A stretch of 64,000 bases of DNA. It comes from Escherichia coli (lineage in GTDB: Bacteria; Pseudomonadota; Gammaproteobacteria; Enterobacterales; Enterobacteriaceae). A model generated the notes under the pieces. It saw only the letters and a list, made by a program, of their open reading frames with translations. It did not search any database and was not told where the DNA came from. Below, one piece after another: positions 15,357 to 25,455 of this stretch; the stretch's first letter is position 1, and each line of letters begins with the position of its first letter. The stretch lies in the NCBI RefSeq assembly GCF_024502345.1, contig NZ_JALDNN010000001.1; one strand, written 5' to 3'. The translations under genes and the position numbers were made by a program.

Positions 15357-16271
15357 ATGAATATCAAACAGCCACAATACACCTTCTCCGCACTTGCCCT
15401 GGCGGTCGTCGTCGGACTGAGCGGACCGGCTCTGGCCCAATCGGCGGCAGGTTCTAGCCCAGGTGCTGCAGCCCCCTCTGCCGCATCCAAGGCGGCACAG
15501 CCACAAGTAGATGACAAGGCCGCCCGGGAAGCCGATAAAAAGCGTGCCGAGCTCACTCAAGACGCCATCACGGCGCTCACCAAGACCCAGGAGGCTTTGA
15601 CCCTCCTTGATGCAAAGAAGACCAAGGAGGCGCTTGCTGCGCTGGAACTGGCCAGCGGAAAGCTGGAACTGGTATTGGCACGTGACGCCAAACTTGCTTT
15701 GGCGCCGGTCGATGTACGCGTCATCACCCACGATATCCACGCCAACGTGGAATCGGTAAAGAAAGCGGTCAAGTTGTCTCGGGAGTTGTTGGGTGATGGC
15801 GAGGTGCAAAAGGCCCGGCCCATCGTTGCCAATCTGGCCAGCGAAATCGTAATCCAAACCGACAACCTTCCGATGGCAACGTACCCGGCAGCGATCAAGT
15901 CGGCCGCACGGCTCATCGACAGCGGCAAGATCGACAACGCCAAAGCGGAACTCGCCCGAGCACTGAACACGCTGGTGGTGACCTCGGTCGCCTTTCCTCT
16001 GCCCGTGCTACGGGCCGAAGCCGCGATGGCAAAAGCTGAAAAGCTGGCCGAGACCGACAGGCGCGATGCCAAGCAGAACGAGGAGCTCAGCACCTTGCTG
16101 TCGTCCGTGCGCACGGAGATCGAGATGGCGCAGATCCTGGGTTATGGCAAGAAGGCGGACTTCAAACCCATTTTCGATCAGGTGAAGTCCATTGAGCAAA
16201 AGTCGGCTGGTGGCAAAAGCGGCAAGGGATGGTTCGACGAGTTGAAGACGCGCATCCAAAAGCTGTTTTGA
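15357..16271 (+). CDS. yfdX: YfdX-family protein 1, with N-terminal signal peptide
   Basis: MNIKQPQYTFSALALAVVVGLSGPALAQ signal peptide then YfdX-like helical repeats; ATG at 15357 after AGGAG. Confidence 0.85.
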   Translation: MNIKQPQYTFSALALAVVVGLSGPALAQSAAGSSPGAAAPSAASKAAQPQVDDKAAREADKKRAELTQDAITALTKTQEALTLLDAKKTKEALAALELASGKLELVLARDAKLALAPVDVRVITHDIHANVESVKKAVKLSRELLGDGEVQKARPIVANLASEIVIQTDNLPMATYPAAIKSAARLIDSGKIDNAKAELARALNTLVVTSVAFPLPVLRAEAAMAKAEKLAETDRRDAKQNEELSTLLSSVRTEIEMAQILGYGKKADFKPIFDQVKSIEQKSAGGKSGKGWFDELKTRIQKLF

Positions 16272-16373
16272 GGTGATGAAGGGGCTGACTGCTCTGTCGG
16301 TCAGTCTCGCGATGTTCGCATTCAGCCCCAACAGATTCGCCTATTTTCACTATCTCATACGAGGCATATCACC

Positions 16374-17261
16374 ATGAATGAGCAAACACCGAATCCCAAT
16401 GCGACGAACGAAGGAATAAACGAACAAGCCGCGGTAAGCAGCCTTCCTGTCAGTCCAGAGTCCAAGCCTGAAGTCGTCACGGAGGTACAGCCTGAGGTTC
16501 AGAAAGAAACGGACTCGCAGGCGGCAGACAAACGTAAACAAGTCCTCGATGAGGCAGTCTCGGCCTTGTCGCTGACCAAATCAGCGCTGGCCGCACTTGA
16601 CGGCAAGGACACTGCACGCGCATTGGCAACGCTGGCCGAAGTGACGGGAAAGCTGGAGCTGATCGTCGCGCGCGAACCCACGCTCGCCCTGGCCGGCGTT
16701 GATGTGCGCACCATCGTGCACGACTTGTTCGCCAACACGGAAACCATTGAGGCGATGACCGACGAGGCGCTGGATGCCCTCAAACATGGCGAGGTGCAAC
16801 AGGCTCGCCACGTGCTGGCTTTGCTGGCCAGTGAAATCGTGATCACGGTCACCAACATCCCTTTGGCGTCCTATCCCGCAGCCGTGAAGGCAGTCGTGCC
16901 GCTGATCGATCAGGGCAAGATCGAAGAAGCCAAAGCCGCGCTGCAGTCAGCGCTCAGCACGCTGGTCGAGGAGCGCAGCGTGCTTCCGCTGCCCGTCCTG
17001 CGTGCGAAGCTGCTCCTGAAGCGCGCCGAGCCTCTGGTAGAAGATGGTCAGCGCAGCGAAGCATCCAATGAGCGCCTGGAGACATTGTTGAACGAAGCCC
17101 GGCAGCAGTTGGAAATGGCAGAACTGCTGGGCTATGGAAAAAGGAAGGACTTTGAGCCCCTGTACGCTGAACTCAAGAAAATCAAGGAAAAGACGGGAGG
17201 GGGAGGCTTCGGAAAAGGCTGGCTCGATGAAGTCAAGGCAAAACTGTCCAGGTTGTTCTGA
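16374..17261 (+). CDS. yfdX: YfdX-family protein 2; no signal peptide in this frame
   Basis: Paralogous to the preceding gene over the C-terminal ~230 aa; N-terminus MNEQTPNPNATNEG is hydrophilic. Confidence 0.8.
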   Translation: MNEQTPNPNATNEGINEQAAVSSLPVSPESKPEVVTEVQPEVQKETDSQAADKRKQVLDEAVSALSLTKSALAALDGKDTARALATLAEVTGKLELIVAREPTLALAGVDVRTIVHDLFANTETIEAMTDEALDALKHGEVQQARHVLALLASEIVITVTNIPLASYPAAVKAVVPLIDQGKIEEAKAALQSALSTLVEERSVLPLPVLRAKLLLKRAEPLVEDGQRSEASNERLETLLNEARQQLEMAELLGYGKRKDFEPLYAELKKIKEKTGGGGFGKGWLDEVKAKLSRLF

Positions 17262-17269
17262 AACCGCTG

Positions 17270-17296
17270 GAGAGGGGGCGCATAGTGCCCCCTCTC
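17270..17296 (+). terminator. Rho-independent terminator after yfdX2
   Basis: Perfect 10-bp GC-rich inverted repeat GAGAGGGGGC / GCCCCCTCTC with 7-nt loop, followed by a T-rich tract. Confidence 0.7.
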
Positions 17297-17350
17297 TTGT
17301 CCCATGAGTGTTTGATTTTTTATTTTGTATAGATCTTTAGGAGATATTGC

Positions 17351-17962
17351 ATGAACACAGACACCATCACCGATTCCAGTGCGGATGACCCCACCAAAGC
17401 ACTGTGTTCGCTTAGCCAAAATTGGTGGCTTTTTGTGCTGCGCGGTGTCTTGGCATTGATTTTTGCAGCCCTCGCGTTCTGGATGCCACAATCGGCTCTG
17501 TTGGCCATGACCATCATGTTCGGCGCATTTTCCTTGGTCAATGGCGCGTTCAACTTGTTTGCAGCGGTGCGCCATATCCAGAAAAAAGAGCGCTGGGGCT
17601 GGTTGTTGTTCAGCGGCATTGTCGGCATACTTACGGGCGTCGTCGTCCTGGTTGCTCCTTGGGTCGCCACGATAGTCTTGGCTTCTTTTTTATGGGCTAG
17701 CGTGGGCTTCTGGGCGATTTTCACCGGTGTGCTGGAGATATCTGCCGCCGTTCGGCTGCGTCGGGAAATCAAGGGTGAAATCTGGCTTGCCCTCAGTGGA
17801 CTGCTCTCGATTATCCTTGGTGCTATCGTCTTGTGGATATTTTTTACCCGTCCGGTCGAGTCATTCGTGGCCGCAGGCTGGCTGTTGGGTTTCCATGCGG
17901 CAGTCTATGGCGTCACGCTTTTGTTCTTGAGTTGGAGTCTTCGCAAAACGCGCCTGGGGTAA
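17351..17962 (+). CDS. hdeD: HdeD-like acid-resistance membrane protein
   Basis: 203 aa with multiple TM segments, HdeD-family-like. Confidence 0.8.
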   Translation: MNTDTITDSSADDPTKALCSLSQNWWLFVLRGVLALIFAALAFWMPQSALLAMTIMFGAFSLVNGAFNLFAAVRHIQKKERWGWLLFSGIVGILTGVVVLVAPWVATIVLASFLWASVGFWAIFTGVLEISAAVRLRREIKGEIWLALSGLLSIILGAIVLWIFFTRPVESFVAAGWLLGFHAAVYGVTLLFLSWSLRKTRLG

Positions 17963-18041
17963 GAGCGTGCCAAACCAAAATCTATGGATATGAGCATCCT
18001 CGATTCATGCCTCCATAGAAATGACATCGAAGGAGTCATAC

Positions 18042-19187
18042 ATGCAGATACAATATAGCTATCGAGCTATCGACAAAGAGTTTCATGAACCTTGGCAGAG
18101 AGCTTTGGGAAATGTGATCGAGCACGCCCTCAAGCCATTGCTCGACAAACACACTAAAGATTCAGCGCGACTTCAAATCGTCCTTGATCGCGACAAGATC
18201 AAGCGGCAATTTCTGGCCAGTGGCTATATGCACCTGCCCGGCAAAAAGATTGTCAGCGTTACTGCATCACATGACGAGCTGACGCCCCTCGCGCAGATGC
18301 TCGCACAGTCGTTGTTCCGTCAGGCCAAGAAGCATTTTGACCGACTGCATGCTCAGGATCAAATCAAGCGCAAAGCACGACGCGAGCGCTTGCGCGAGCT
18401 CAAGGTGCGGATTGCCGCAAAACCCGCATCAGCCGCCCATGAGGCCGAGGTGACCCGAATGCCTCTACTGTCGAAACTTGAGGCTGTCGCAAGGCGTGAG
18501 CTGGCTTATCTGCGGGCCGTCGGCGATTTACCGCGCGATTATCCGACGCTGCGCGACGTGGTGGATGAAGCGATTGTCCGAGCTAAGGTGGAATGGCAAT
18601 CCGTGCCGGGGGAAAAAGAGGCTTACACCGGTCTTTTGAAGCATCTGTTCGCCGTCCTGGATAACGAAGTGGCAAGCAGCCGGCAATTTGGCGAATTCGT
18701 TTCTCTGGACGCGCCGGTCGAACCGGATGCCCAAGACGTGGCCGAGGCCATGGTGGAAGAGGAAATCTTCGAATTTTATCAGCACGATGACACACTCAAG
18801 CTGGCCGATATTTTCGCTGGCAGTCAGCATCCCGATGTCGCAACGATCGCGGAACAGGAGGAGCTGATTGATCGGTCGAGCGAGTTCGCTTTTGCATTTG
18901 ACCTGCTGAAGGACATGCCGCGTTTGTGGCGGCGCATTTTTCTGCTTATCCGTGTGGACGGGCTGAATGCCAGCAGCGTCTCTGAAATCCTGCTGATTCC
19001 TAGTAAGGAAGATGCTGTCCAAAGGTGGCTCATGCAGGCCGAAGCATTCATCGCTGCTCATCTGGAAGAGGCCGGAGTAAGCAAAAACGGGAACGATTGG
19101 CTCCAAGGCGTTGATTGGCCGGCATTGTCTGTGACCCGAAGCGAGGCAGCCTCACTGTGGTCCAAGGAGGCGAACCATGAAGAATGA
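18042..19187 (+). CDS. Hypothetical protein, unknown function (LHR orf11 position)
   Basis: ORF 18021..19187; ATG 18042 preceded by GGAG; no recognisable motifs; GC content lower than neighbouring LHR genes. Confidence 0.6.
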   Translation: MQIQYSYRAIDKEFHEPWQRALGNVIEHALKPLLDKHTKDSARLQIVLDRDKIKRQFLASGYMHLPGKKIVSVTASHDELTPLAQMLAQSLFRQAKKHFDRLHAQDQIKRKARRERLRELKVRIAAKPASAAHEAEVTRMPLLSKLEAVARRELAYLRAVGDLPRDYPTLRDVVDEAIVRAKVEWQSVPGEKEAYTGLLKHLFAVLDNEVASSRQFGEFVSLDAPVEPDAQDVAEAMVEEEIFEFYQHDDTLKLADIFAGSQHPDVATIAEQEELIDRSSEFAFAFDLLKDMPRLWRRIFLLIRVDGLNASSVSEILLIPSKEDAVQRWLMQAEAFIAAHLEEAGVSKNGNDWLQGVDWPALSVTRSEAASLWSKEANHEE

Positions 19188-19617
19188 TCTTCACCTCGTC
19201 TGCCCGCATTGCCAGTCCATCAACCGCGTACCGACTGCGAAGCTATCGGAACATCCCAACTGTGGCCGCTGCCAGCAGCCCTTGTTCACGGGCGAGCCCA
19301 TCGAGTTGACCACGGCGACGTTCTCGCGCCACGTGGAGCGCAGCGATCTGCCGCTGCTGGTCGATTTCTGGGCGCCATGGTGCGGGCCGTGCAAGATGAT
19401 GGCGCCACAGTTCCAGCAAGCGGCGCACCAGCTCGAACCGACGATCCGGCTGGCGAAGGTGAATACCGAGGCTGAGCCCCACCTGGCCGCGCAGTTCGGT
19501 ATCCGCAGCATCCCGACGCTCGCCCTGTTCCAGGGTGGGCGGGAGATCGCCCGTCAGGCCGGCGTGATGGGCGCGCAGGACATCGTGCGCTGGACGTCGA
19601 CGCAAGTGGGACGCTGA
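19177..19617 (+). CDS. trx: Thioredoxin, TrxC-like, with N-terminal zinc-finger extension
   Basis: CPHCQ...CGRCQ N-terminal motif plus WCGPC active site. Confidence 0.9.
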   Translation: MKNDLHLVCPHCQSINRVPTAKLSEHPNCGRCQQPLFTGEPIELTTATFSRHVERSDLPLLVDFWAPWCGPCKMMAPQFQQAAHQLEPTIRLAKVNTEAEPHLAAQFGIRSIPTLALFQGGREIARQAGVMGAQDIVRWTSTQVGR

Positions 19618-19620
19618 CCG

Positions 19621-21336
19621 ATGCAGGGCTTGCTCGGCACTACGCTAATCCTGCTGGCGGCTTGCAGCCTGGCGGCGATGGCGACGGCGGCGTTCAGAGT
19701 GCCCGCCTTGCTGGGGTATCTCTCTGTCGGCGTTGTACTGGGCCCCTCAGTCATCGGCGTGATCGCGCCGGGGGAGACGCTGAGCTTTCTGTCCGAGCTG
19801 GGCGTGGCGCTGCTGTTGTTCATGGTCGGACTGGAATTCTCCCTCGGAGACTTCTGGCTCGCCCGCAGGACGGTGCTGATGGCGGGCGCTCTGCAGATGA
19901 TCGCCGTGGCCCCGCCGCTGATCCTGCTATTGATGTGGCTGGGGCAGCCCGGCCAGAGCGCCGCGCTGCTCGGCACTGCGGCGGCCATGTCGTCCACGGC
20001 GCTGGTCAGCCGACAACTGGCCGACCAAGGCGAGCTCACCACCCGCCACGGACGCAGTGCCATCGCCGTGCTGGTCTTTCAGGACCTGGCCAGCGTGCCC
20101 CTGCTGGCCTTGCTGGCGATCTGGGCGCGCGGCGACTCGCCGAAGATCGAGCATGTGCTGCTCGAAGTATTCGGTGTGCTGCTGCTGTTCGCGGCAGCGG
20201 CCCTCGCCTCGCGCCGTCTGTTGCATGGCCTGCTGGGCTGGGTGGCGCGGCGGGGCCACGAGGAATCGTTCGTGCTCGTCTCCTTGTGCGTGGTGGTGGC
20301 CGCCGCCGCCGCTGCGCACGCGGTCGGCGTATCTGCCGCCCTGGGGGCCTTCCTCGCCGGGATGGTGCTGGGCGAGAGCGACTTCCGGCACCACATGGAA
20401 AGCCACCTCAGGCCGTTTCGCGATGTGTTGTCGGGCGTGTTCTTCGTGACCATCGGCCTGCAACTGGACGCAGCACAGATTCTTTCGGCACCGCTGGCGG
20501 TGCTGGCGTGGCTGGTGGTGCTGGTACCGGTCAAGATCCTGCTCAATACACTGGCCTTGCGGGCGACGCGCCTGTCCGCCCTCGATGCCTGGCGCACGGG
20601 CATAGCGTTGGGGCACGGCGGCGAGTTCGCCCTGCTGTTGTTGGGCACGGTCTTGCAGCAGCATCTGATCCCCGCGACCGTCGTCCAACCCATGCTGGTC
20701 GCGCTGGTGCTCAGCATGGCCCTGGCACCGCTACTGATCCGCCATCACGATGTACTTGCCCGGTTCTTGAGCCGCACCGGCGGCGTCATTCAGCCACCCC
20801 AGGCTGAAGAAGTCGAGATCGCCGCGCAGACGACGCGATATCGAGACCATGTCATCATTTGCGGCGCGGGCGAGCTTGGCCTGACAGTCAGCGAGATTCT
20901 TCGCCACGCCGGCGTGGCGCATCTGCTGCTGGAGGCGGACGCGCAGAAGGTCGAGGCCGCGCGTGCCGCCGGCGCGCCGGTGTTCCATGCCGATGCCAGT
21001 CGGCCCGATACCTTGCTGGCTGCCGGCTTGACGCATGCACACTTGGTGGTGCTGACGTTCGCCCATGCCCAGCAAGCGTTGCGCATCGCCCAGGCGATTG
21101 CCGAGCACCGTCCGGCGCTGACCTTGTGGGTGTCATGCAGAAGTACGACCGCGGCCGATGCATTTCGCGCCATGCCCAACGTGCGCGTGTATCAGCAATC
21201 CTTTGCCGCAGCTATTGGGCTGGCGGAACAGGTGATGTCGACGCTTGGCATGTCGACCGAGCTGATTGAAGGACACATCAGCGCAATGCGCCGCCGTCTC
21301 GACAGCAGCCGTTTTCCAGGGAGTTCATCGTCATGA
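19621..21336 (+). CDS. kefB: KefB-like monovalent cation:proton antiporter (CPA2 family) with C-terminal TrkA-N/KTN domain
   Basis: Multi-TM N-terminal domain; C-terminal VIICGAGELG Rossmann-type KTN motif. Confidence 0.85.
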   Translation: MQGLLGTTLILLAACSLAAMATAAFRVPALLGYLSVGVVLGPSVIGVIAPGETLSFLSELGVALLLFMVGLEFSLGDFWLARRTVLMAGALQMIAVAPPLILLLMWLGQPGQSAALLGTAAAMSSTALVSRQLADQGELTTRHGRSAIAVLVFQDLASVPLLALLAIWARGDSPKIEHVLLEVFGVLLLFAAAALASRRLLHGLLGWVARRGHEESFVLVSLCVVVAAAAAAHAVGVSAALGAFLAGMVLGESDFRHHMESHLRPFRDVLSGVFFVTIGLQLDAAQILSAPLAVLAWLVVLVPVKILLNTLALRATRLSALDAWRTGIALGHGGEFALLLLGTVLQQHLIPATVVQPMLVALVLSMALAPLLIRHHDVLARFLSRTGGVIQPPQAEEVEIAAQTTRYRDHVIICGAGELGLTVSEILRHAGVAHLLLEADAQKVEAARAAGAPVFHADASRPDTLLAAGLTHAHLVVLTFAHAQQALRIAQAIAEHRPALTLWVSCRSTTAADAFRAMPNVRVYQQSFAAAIGLAEQVMSTLGMSTELIEGHISAMRRRLDSSRFPGSSSS

Positions 21337-21830
21337 AATCAACACGCCTTAACCCATTTCAGGTCTTACGTGACCAATTGGCCATCATGAGTTTTTACGA
21401 GCGCTTCGAGCAGGTCGTCGCGCTCGTGCTGTCGGCGGTGATCGCCGTCATCATCGTGGTGTCGCTGTTCCAGCTCATCTCCATCGTCTTCACGCTGCTG
21501 GTTCTAGATGCCTTCAATCCCCTGGACCACGAGGTATTCCAGAGCGTGTTCGGCATGATCATGACGCTCTTGATCGCGATGGAGTTCAAGCATTCCATCG
21601 TGCGCGTGGCGCTGCGTCGGGACAGCATCATCCAGGTCAAGACGGTGGTCCTGATCGCGCTGATCGCACTCTCCCGCAAGTTCGTGATCCTCGACTCCAA
21701 CGCGAGCCCCGCAAAGATAGCCGCGCTGGCTAGCGCCACGCTGGCTCTGGGTGCGACCTACTGGCTGCTGCGCAAGCGCGGCGACCGCGCCGCCGAGACC
21801 TCTGAGCATGACCCGTCATCATCCCAGTGA
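21333..21830 (+). CDS. psiE: PsiE-family membrane protein (phosphate-starvation-inducible E-like)
   Basis: 165 aa, four hydrophobic segments, PsiE-like. Confidence 0.7.
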   Translation: MKSTRLNPFQVLRDQLAIMSFYERFEQVVALVLSAVIAVIIVVSLFQLISIVFTLLVLDAFNPLDHEVFQSVFGMIMTLLIAMEFKHSIVRVALRRDSIIQVKTVVLIALIALSRKFVILDSNASPAKIAALASATLALGATYWLLRKRGDRAAETSEHDPSSSQ

Positions 21831-22773
21831 TCCGCGCACGGCGCTCTTGCAACACCGCTGGCTCAACCGCCTGCAGACCGGGCTGTTGGTCCTGACCCTG
21901 GTCGGGATCGCAGCCGCAGCAGGGAGACTGCCGTTTGGGGAAGGCTGCCTGTGGCTCGCGCTGTTTGCCATTGCAGGTGCGTTGCTGCTGGAACCGGTAG
22001 CCGCGTCGGCGCTGAGCTTGCGCCTGTACCGCGTACGGGCCTTGCACCCGCAAGAAGCCCACAAGATGTGGGCCCTATTGCGCGAGCTGCCCGCCCGTGC
22101 CGGTTTGCCCGCCACGCCGGTGCCGCACTATGTGCCCAGTGCCGTCGTCAACGCCTTCGCCACCGGATCGAAGCAGGAGGCATCGATCGCCCTCACCGAT
22201 GGCCTGCTGCGCAGCCTGAGCCCACGCGAGCTGGCGGGTGTGCTCGTGCACGAGGTCGCGCACATCGCTAATGAGGATCTGCGTGTCATGGGGCTGGCGG
22301 ATTCCGACAGTCGCCTCACGAGCCTACTGGCCCTTATGGGACAGATCGCGATCCAGCTCAGCCTGCCCGCGCAGCTGGTTGGCGCGGCGGAGGTCTATTG
22401 GCCTGGTCTATTGTTATTGGCCGCATCGCCCCAGCTGGCCCTGCTCGCACAGCTCGGCTTGTCTCGCGTGCGTGAGTTCGACGCTGACCGCCTTGCGGCG
22501 GAACTGACTGGCGACCCGCAGGGGCTGGCGTCCGTGCTGGCAAAAATCGAGCGGGTCAGCCGCTCCTGGCGTGCCTGGCTATGGCCGGGATGGGGCAATC
22601 CCGAGCACTCCTGCTTGCGTACGCGTCCGGCAACGCAAGAGCGCATTGCACGCCTGCTGACGTTGGCGCCTGGGCCAGCATCAGCGTTGCCACTCCGCGC
22701 GCCCCATTTTTTGCCGGAATCCGCTTTGGCGACGCGCCCACCGAGCTGGCGCCCGAGCGGGCTGTGGCGCTGA
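21808..22773 (+). CDS. Zinc metalloprotease, M48/HtpX-like
   Basis: HEVAHIANED zinc-binding motif with N-terminal TM segments; start placed at MTRHHPSDPR (ATG 21808), overlapping the psiE end. Confidence 0.75.
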   Translation: MTRHHPSDPRTALLQHRWLNRLQTGLLVLTLVGIAAAAGRLPFGEGCLWLALFAIAGALLLEPVAASALSLRLYRVRALHPQEAHKMWALLRELPARAGLPATPVPHYVPSAVVNAFATGSKQEASIALTDGLLRSLSPRELAGVLVHEVAHIANEDLRVMGLADSDSRLTSLLALMGQIAIQLSLPAQLVGAAEVYWPGLLLLAASPQLALLAQLGLSRVREFDADRLAAELTGDPQGLASVLAKIERVSRSWRAWLWPGWGNPEHSCLRTRPATQERIARLLTLAPGPASALPLRAPHFLPESALATRPPSWRPSGLWR

Positions 22774-22797
22774 TTGCCCATCAACAGGAGACGTCTC

Positions 22798-23949
22798 ATG
22801 GCCTATCTCGACCCGTACCAACGCCCCGCGCCGGACCGCTTCGTCCGGCGCGGGCTCTTCATCACCGCCTGCATTGCCGCGCTCATGCTGCTGTGGCAGT
22901 TTCTGCCCGCCATCGAGGCATGGTTCAGTCCGCGCGAGGCAGCAGAACGCACCGTGATGGCGCGTGGCGATCTGGCGGCGGACGAGAAAACCACCATCGA
23001 ACTGTTCGAAAAATCGCGCGCCTCGGTGGTCTACATCACCACCGCGCAATTAGTACGCGATGTCTGGACGCGCAACGTGTTCTCCGTGCCGCGCGGCACT
23101 GGCTCGGGCTTCATCTGGGACGACGCCGGCCACGTCGTCACCAACTTCCACGTCATCCAGGGCGCGTCCGAAGCCACCGTCAAACTGGCCGACGGCCGCG
23201 ACTACCAGGCCGCGCTGGTGGGGATGAGCCCCGCGCACGACATCGCCGTGCTCAAGATCGGCGTCGGTTTCAAGCGCCCGCCGGCCGTGCCGGTCGGCAC
23301 CAGTGCCGACCTCAAGGTGGGTCAGAAGGTGTTCGCTATCGGCAACCCCTTCGGCCTGGACTGGACGCTCACCACAGGTATCGTCTCCGCGCTCGACCGC
23401 TCGTTGCCGGGAGAAGCGGGCGGCCCGGCCATCGATCACCTGATCCAGACCGACGCCGCCATCAACCCCGGCAATTCCGGTGGCCCGCTGCTCGATTCGG
23501 CTGGGCGGCTGATCGGAATCAATACCGCCATCTACAGTCCGTCTGGCGCCTCGGCCGGCATAGGCTTTGCGGTGCCGGTCGATACCGTCATGCGCGTGGT
23601 GCCGCAACTCATAAAGACCGGCAAGTACATCCGTCCGGCACTGGGCATCGAGGTGGATGAGCAGATCAACGCGCGTCTGCAGGCGCTGACCGGCAGTAAG
23701 GGCGTATTCGTATTGCGCGTGACGCCGGGCTCGGCGGCGCACAGGGCCGGGCTCGTCGGCGTCGAGGTCACCGCAGGCGGCATCGTGCCCGGCGATCGCG
23801 TTATCAGCATCGACGGTATCGCCGTCGACGACGTCACCACATTACAGGCCCGGCTAGACGACAAGAACGTTGGAGATGTTGTGGTCTTGTTAGTGGAGCG
23901 GGCCGGCAAGACTCGCGAGATGCTTGTGGAACTACAACCGGGAGTTTGA
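22798..23949 (+). CDS. degP: DegP/HtrA-family periplasmic serine protease with one PDZ domain
   Basis: Trypsin-like core (VVTNFHVI...DIAVLKI...GNSGGPL) followed by a PDZ-like C-terminus; ATG 22798 after CAGGAG. Confidence 0.88.
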   Translation: MAYLDPYQRPAPDRFVRRGLFITACIAALMLLWQFLPAIEAWFSPREAAERTVMARGDLAADEKTTIELFEKSRASVVYITTAQLVRDVWTRNVFSVPRGTGSGFIWDDAGHVVTNFHVIQGASEATVKLADGRDYQAALVGMSPAHDIAVLKIGVGFKRPPAVPVGTSADLKVGQKVFAIGNPFGLDWTLTTGIVSALDRSLPGEAGGPAIDHLIQTDAAINPGNSGGPLLDSAGRLIGINTAIYSPSGASAGIGFAVPVDTVMRVVPQLIKTGKYIRPALGIEVDEQINARLQALTGSKGVFVLRVTPGSAAHRAGLVGVEVTAGGIVPGDRVISIDGIAVDDVTTLQARLDDKNVGDVVVLLVERAGKTREMLVELQPGV

Positions 23950-24173
23950 TGGAAAGTGGGTCATGGATCTGCACAGCGAAGCAGCCAAGCGACTTCAGCC
24001 TTGCGCCGAACTACGAGCCCTAGCTAGGGATGGTCTGAAGTAGCCCTGTATTTCCGGCTGACTTCAGCCACTGCTGATTTTGAAAGCGGTGAACCGATCA
24101 AAAACGATCGGATCACCCGCTCATTTCGGTGCTTTCAGCCGTCGCGAGCACCTTGCGACGGCCATTTTCCGCA

Positions 24174-24770
24174 TTACAGGCGCACCTCTCCTGCGCTTGC
24201 CAGCAAATGTCGGCGGGCCATCCATAGGTTCGACAGGGCAAACAGCGTCACCAGTTGTGCAGTGTTCCTCACCAGCCCTCGGAAACGTACCTTGGTGTAG
24301 CCGAACTGCCGCTTGATCACGCGAAACGGGGGCTCTACCTTCGCTCGCACTTGCGCCTTGGCCTTCTCGATCTTGCGCTTGGCTTTGTACAGGGCGCTGC
24401 GTTTATCGAGCATCTTGTAGGTGCTGCGGCGTGCTGCGACCTGCCAGATCACTTCTCGGTCGGCATGCTCGGAGCGCTTTTCGACGCCGGTGTAGCCGGC
24501 ATCGGCGCAGACGACGTTCTCGTCGCCGTGCAGCAGCTTGTCGACCTGGGTGACATCCGCCACGGTGGCTGCCGTGCCCACCACGCTGTGTACCAGCCCC
24601 GATTCATCATCAACGCCGATGTGCGCCTTCATGCCAAAGTAATACTGGTTCCCCTTCTTGGTCTGGTGCATTTTCGGGTCGCGCTTGCCGTCCTGGTTCT
24701 TGGATGAACTGGGCGCGTGGATCAGCGTGGCATCGACGATAGTCCATCTTGATAATATCGGGCCGCTCAA
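24174..24770 (-). pseudogene. IS5-family (DDE_Tnp_1) transposase, N-terminally truncated fragment
   Basis: ...HIGVDDESGLVHSVVGTAATVADVTQVDKLLHGDENVVCADAGYTGVEKR... parallels the IS5 InsH core; first ~130 codons absent. Confidence 0.75.
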
Positions 24771-24911
24771 CGCTCGGGTACCAGGAGGTGACGGACCCGT
24801 ATACCAAAGAAAAATACTTTGAGTACGCCCATGACGGCAAACTGATGGGGCAGCTACTGATACCCTCGAACCCTGACAATCAGGAATAAAACAACGACAA
24901 AGGAGACAAGA

Positions 24912-25379
24912 ATGACAATACTTTCACTAAGTCGGTTTATGCTGGCGGGTGTACTGCTCGCGAGCTTTAATGCCTCTGCTATCCCGGGGTTCTGGCAGCA
25001 GGGTTACGGTCAGGGCAATACGGAATACAGCGTGACCGAAGCCAGCGGAAAGACGTTTACCATCAACTGCACAGGGAACCCGGACCAGAATGGTTTCTAT
25101 CAGCATTCAGTCTTTCTTACCCTTGCCGATGACAAGATGGTCAGTTCGCACGATGACGACACTACTATCACCGTAGTGATGGATCACCAGCAGTACATTA
25201 TTCCGTCCAGCCTGGGCTGGCGTAACGGCGATAACGCCTGGTTTGACTTCATCAGCAATATCTCTGAGGCCGGGCAGTTCGACGTCTACGTCAATGACCA
25301 CAAAGCAGGGACCTTCACTGCGGACCGGAAGAACACTGAGAAAGTTCTGTCCACTCTCGGAGACTGCAGCAACGACTGA
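24912..25379 (+). CDS. Hypothetical secreted protein (signal peptide); position corresponds to ykfB of the K-12 CP4-6 prophage
   Basis: [23 protein letters not shown] signal-like N-terminus; 155 aa; symbol not assigned because only synteny and length support it. Confidence 0.6.
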   Translation: MTILSLSRFMLAGVLLASFNASAIPGFWQQGYGQGNTEYSVTEASGKTFTINCTGNPDQNGFYQHSVFLTLADDKMVSSHDDDTTITVVMDHQQYIIPSSLGWRNGDNAWFDFISNISEAGQFDVYVNDHKAGTFTADRKNTEKVLSTLGDCSND

Positions 25380-25455
25380 TAGTAGTATCTTCCCCAGCAA
25401 ATCCACCCCGACAGCTAGCAGGCTGCCGGGGTTTTCTTTTATCAGGAGCCCGAAA

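Larger units (their letters stand above)
8936..23949 (+). mobile_element. Locus of heat resistance (LHR / tLPQC) genomic island, gene-coding core; GC-rich block extends roughly 7900-24780
   Basis: Co-directional array HTH, sHsp20, ClpK, FtsH-like, sHsp, YfdX1, YfdX2, HdeD, hyp, Trx, KefB, PsiE, M48 protease, DegP; GC content far above flanking DNA; bounded by transposase fragments. Confidence 0.85.

Noticed and set aside
19662-20807. 381-aa and other long alternative-frame ORFs overlapping kefB and neighbouring LHR genes
   Set aside because: Same GC-rich open-frame effect; sequences are Arg/Ala/Gly/Pro-rich and overlap genes with clear homology.
24255-24707. 150-aa plus-strand ORF
   Set aside because: Antisense to the IS5-family transposase fragment; no independent support.
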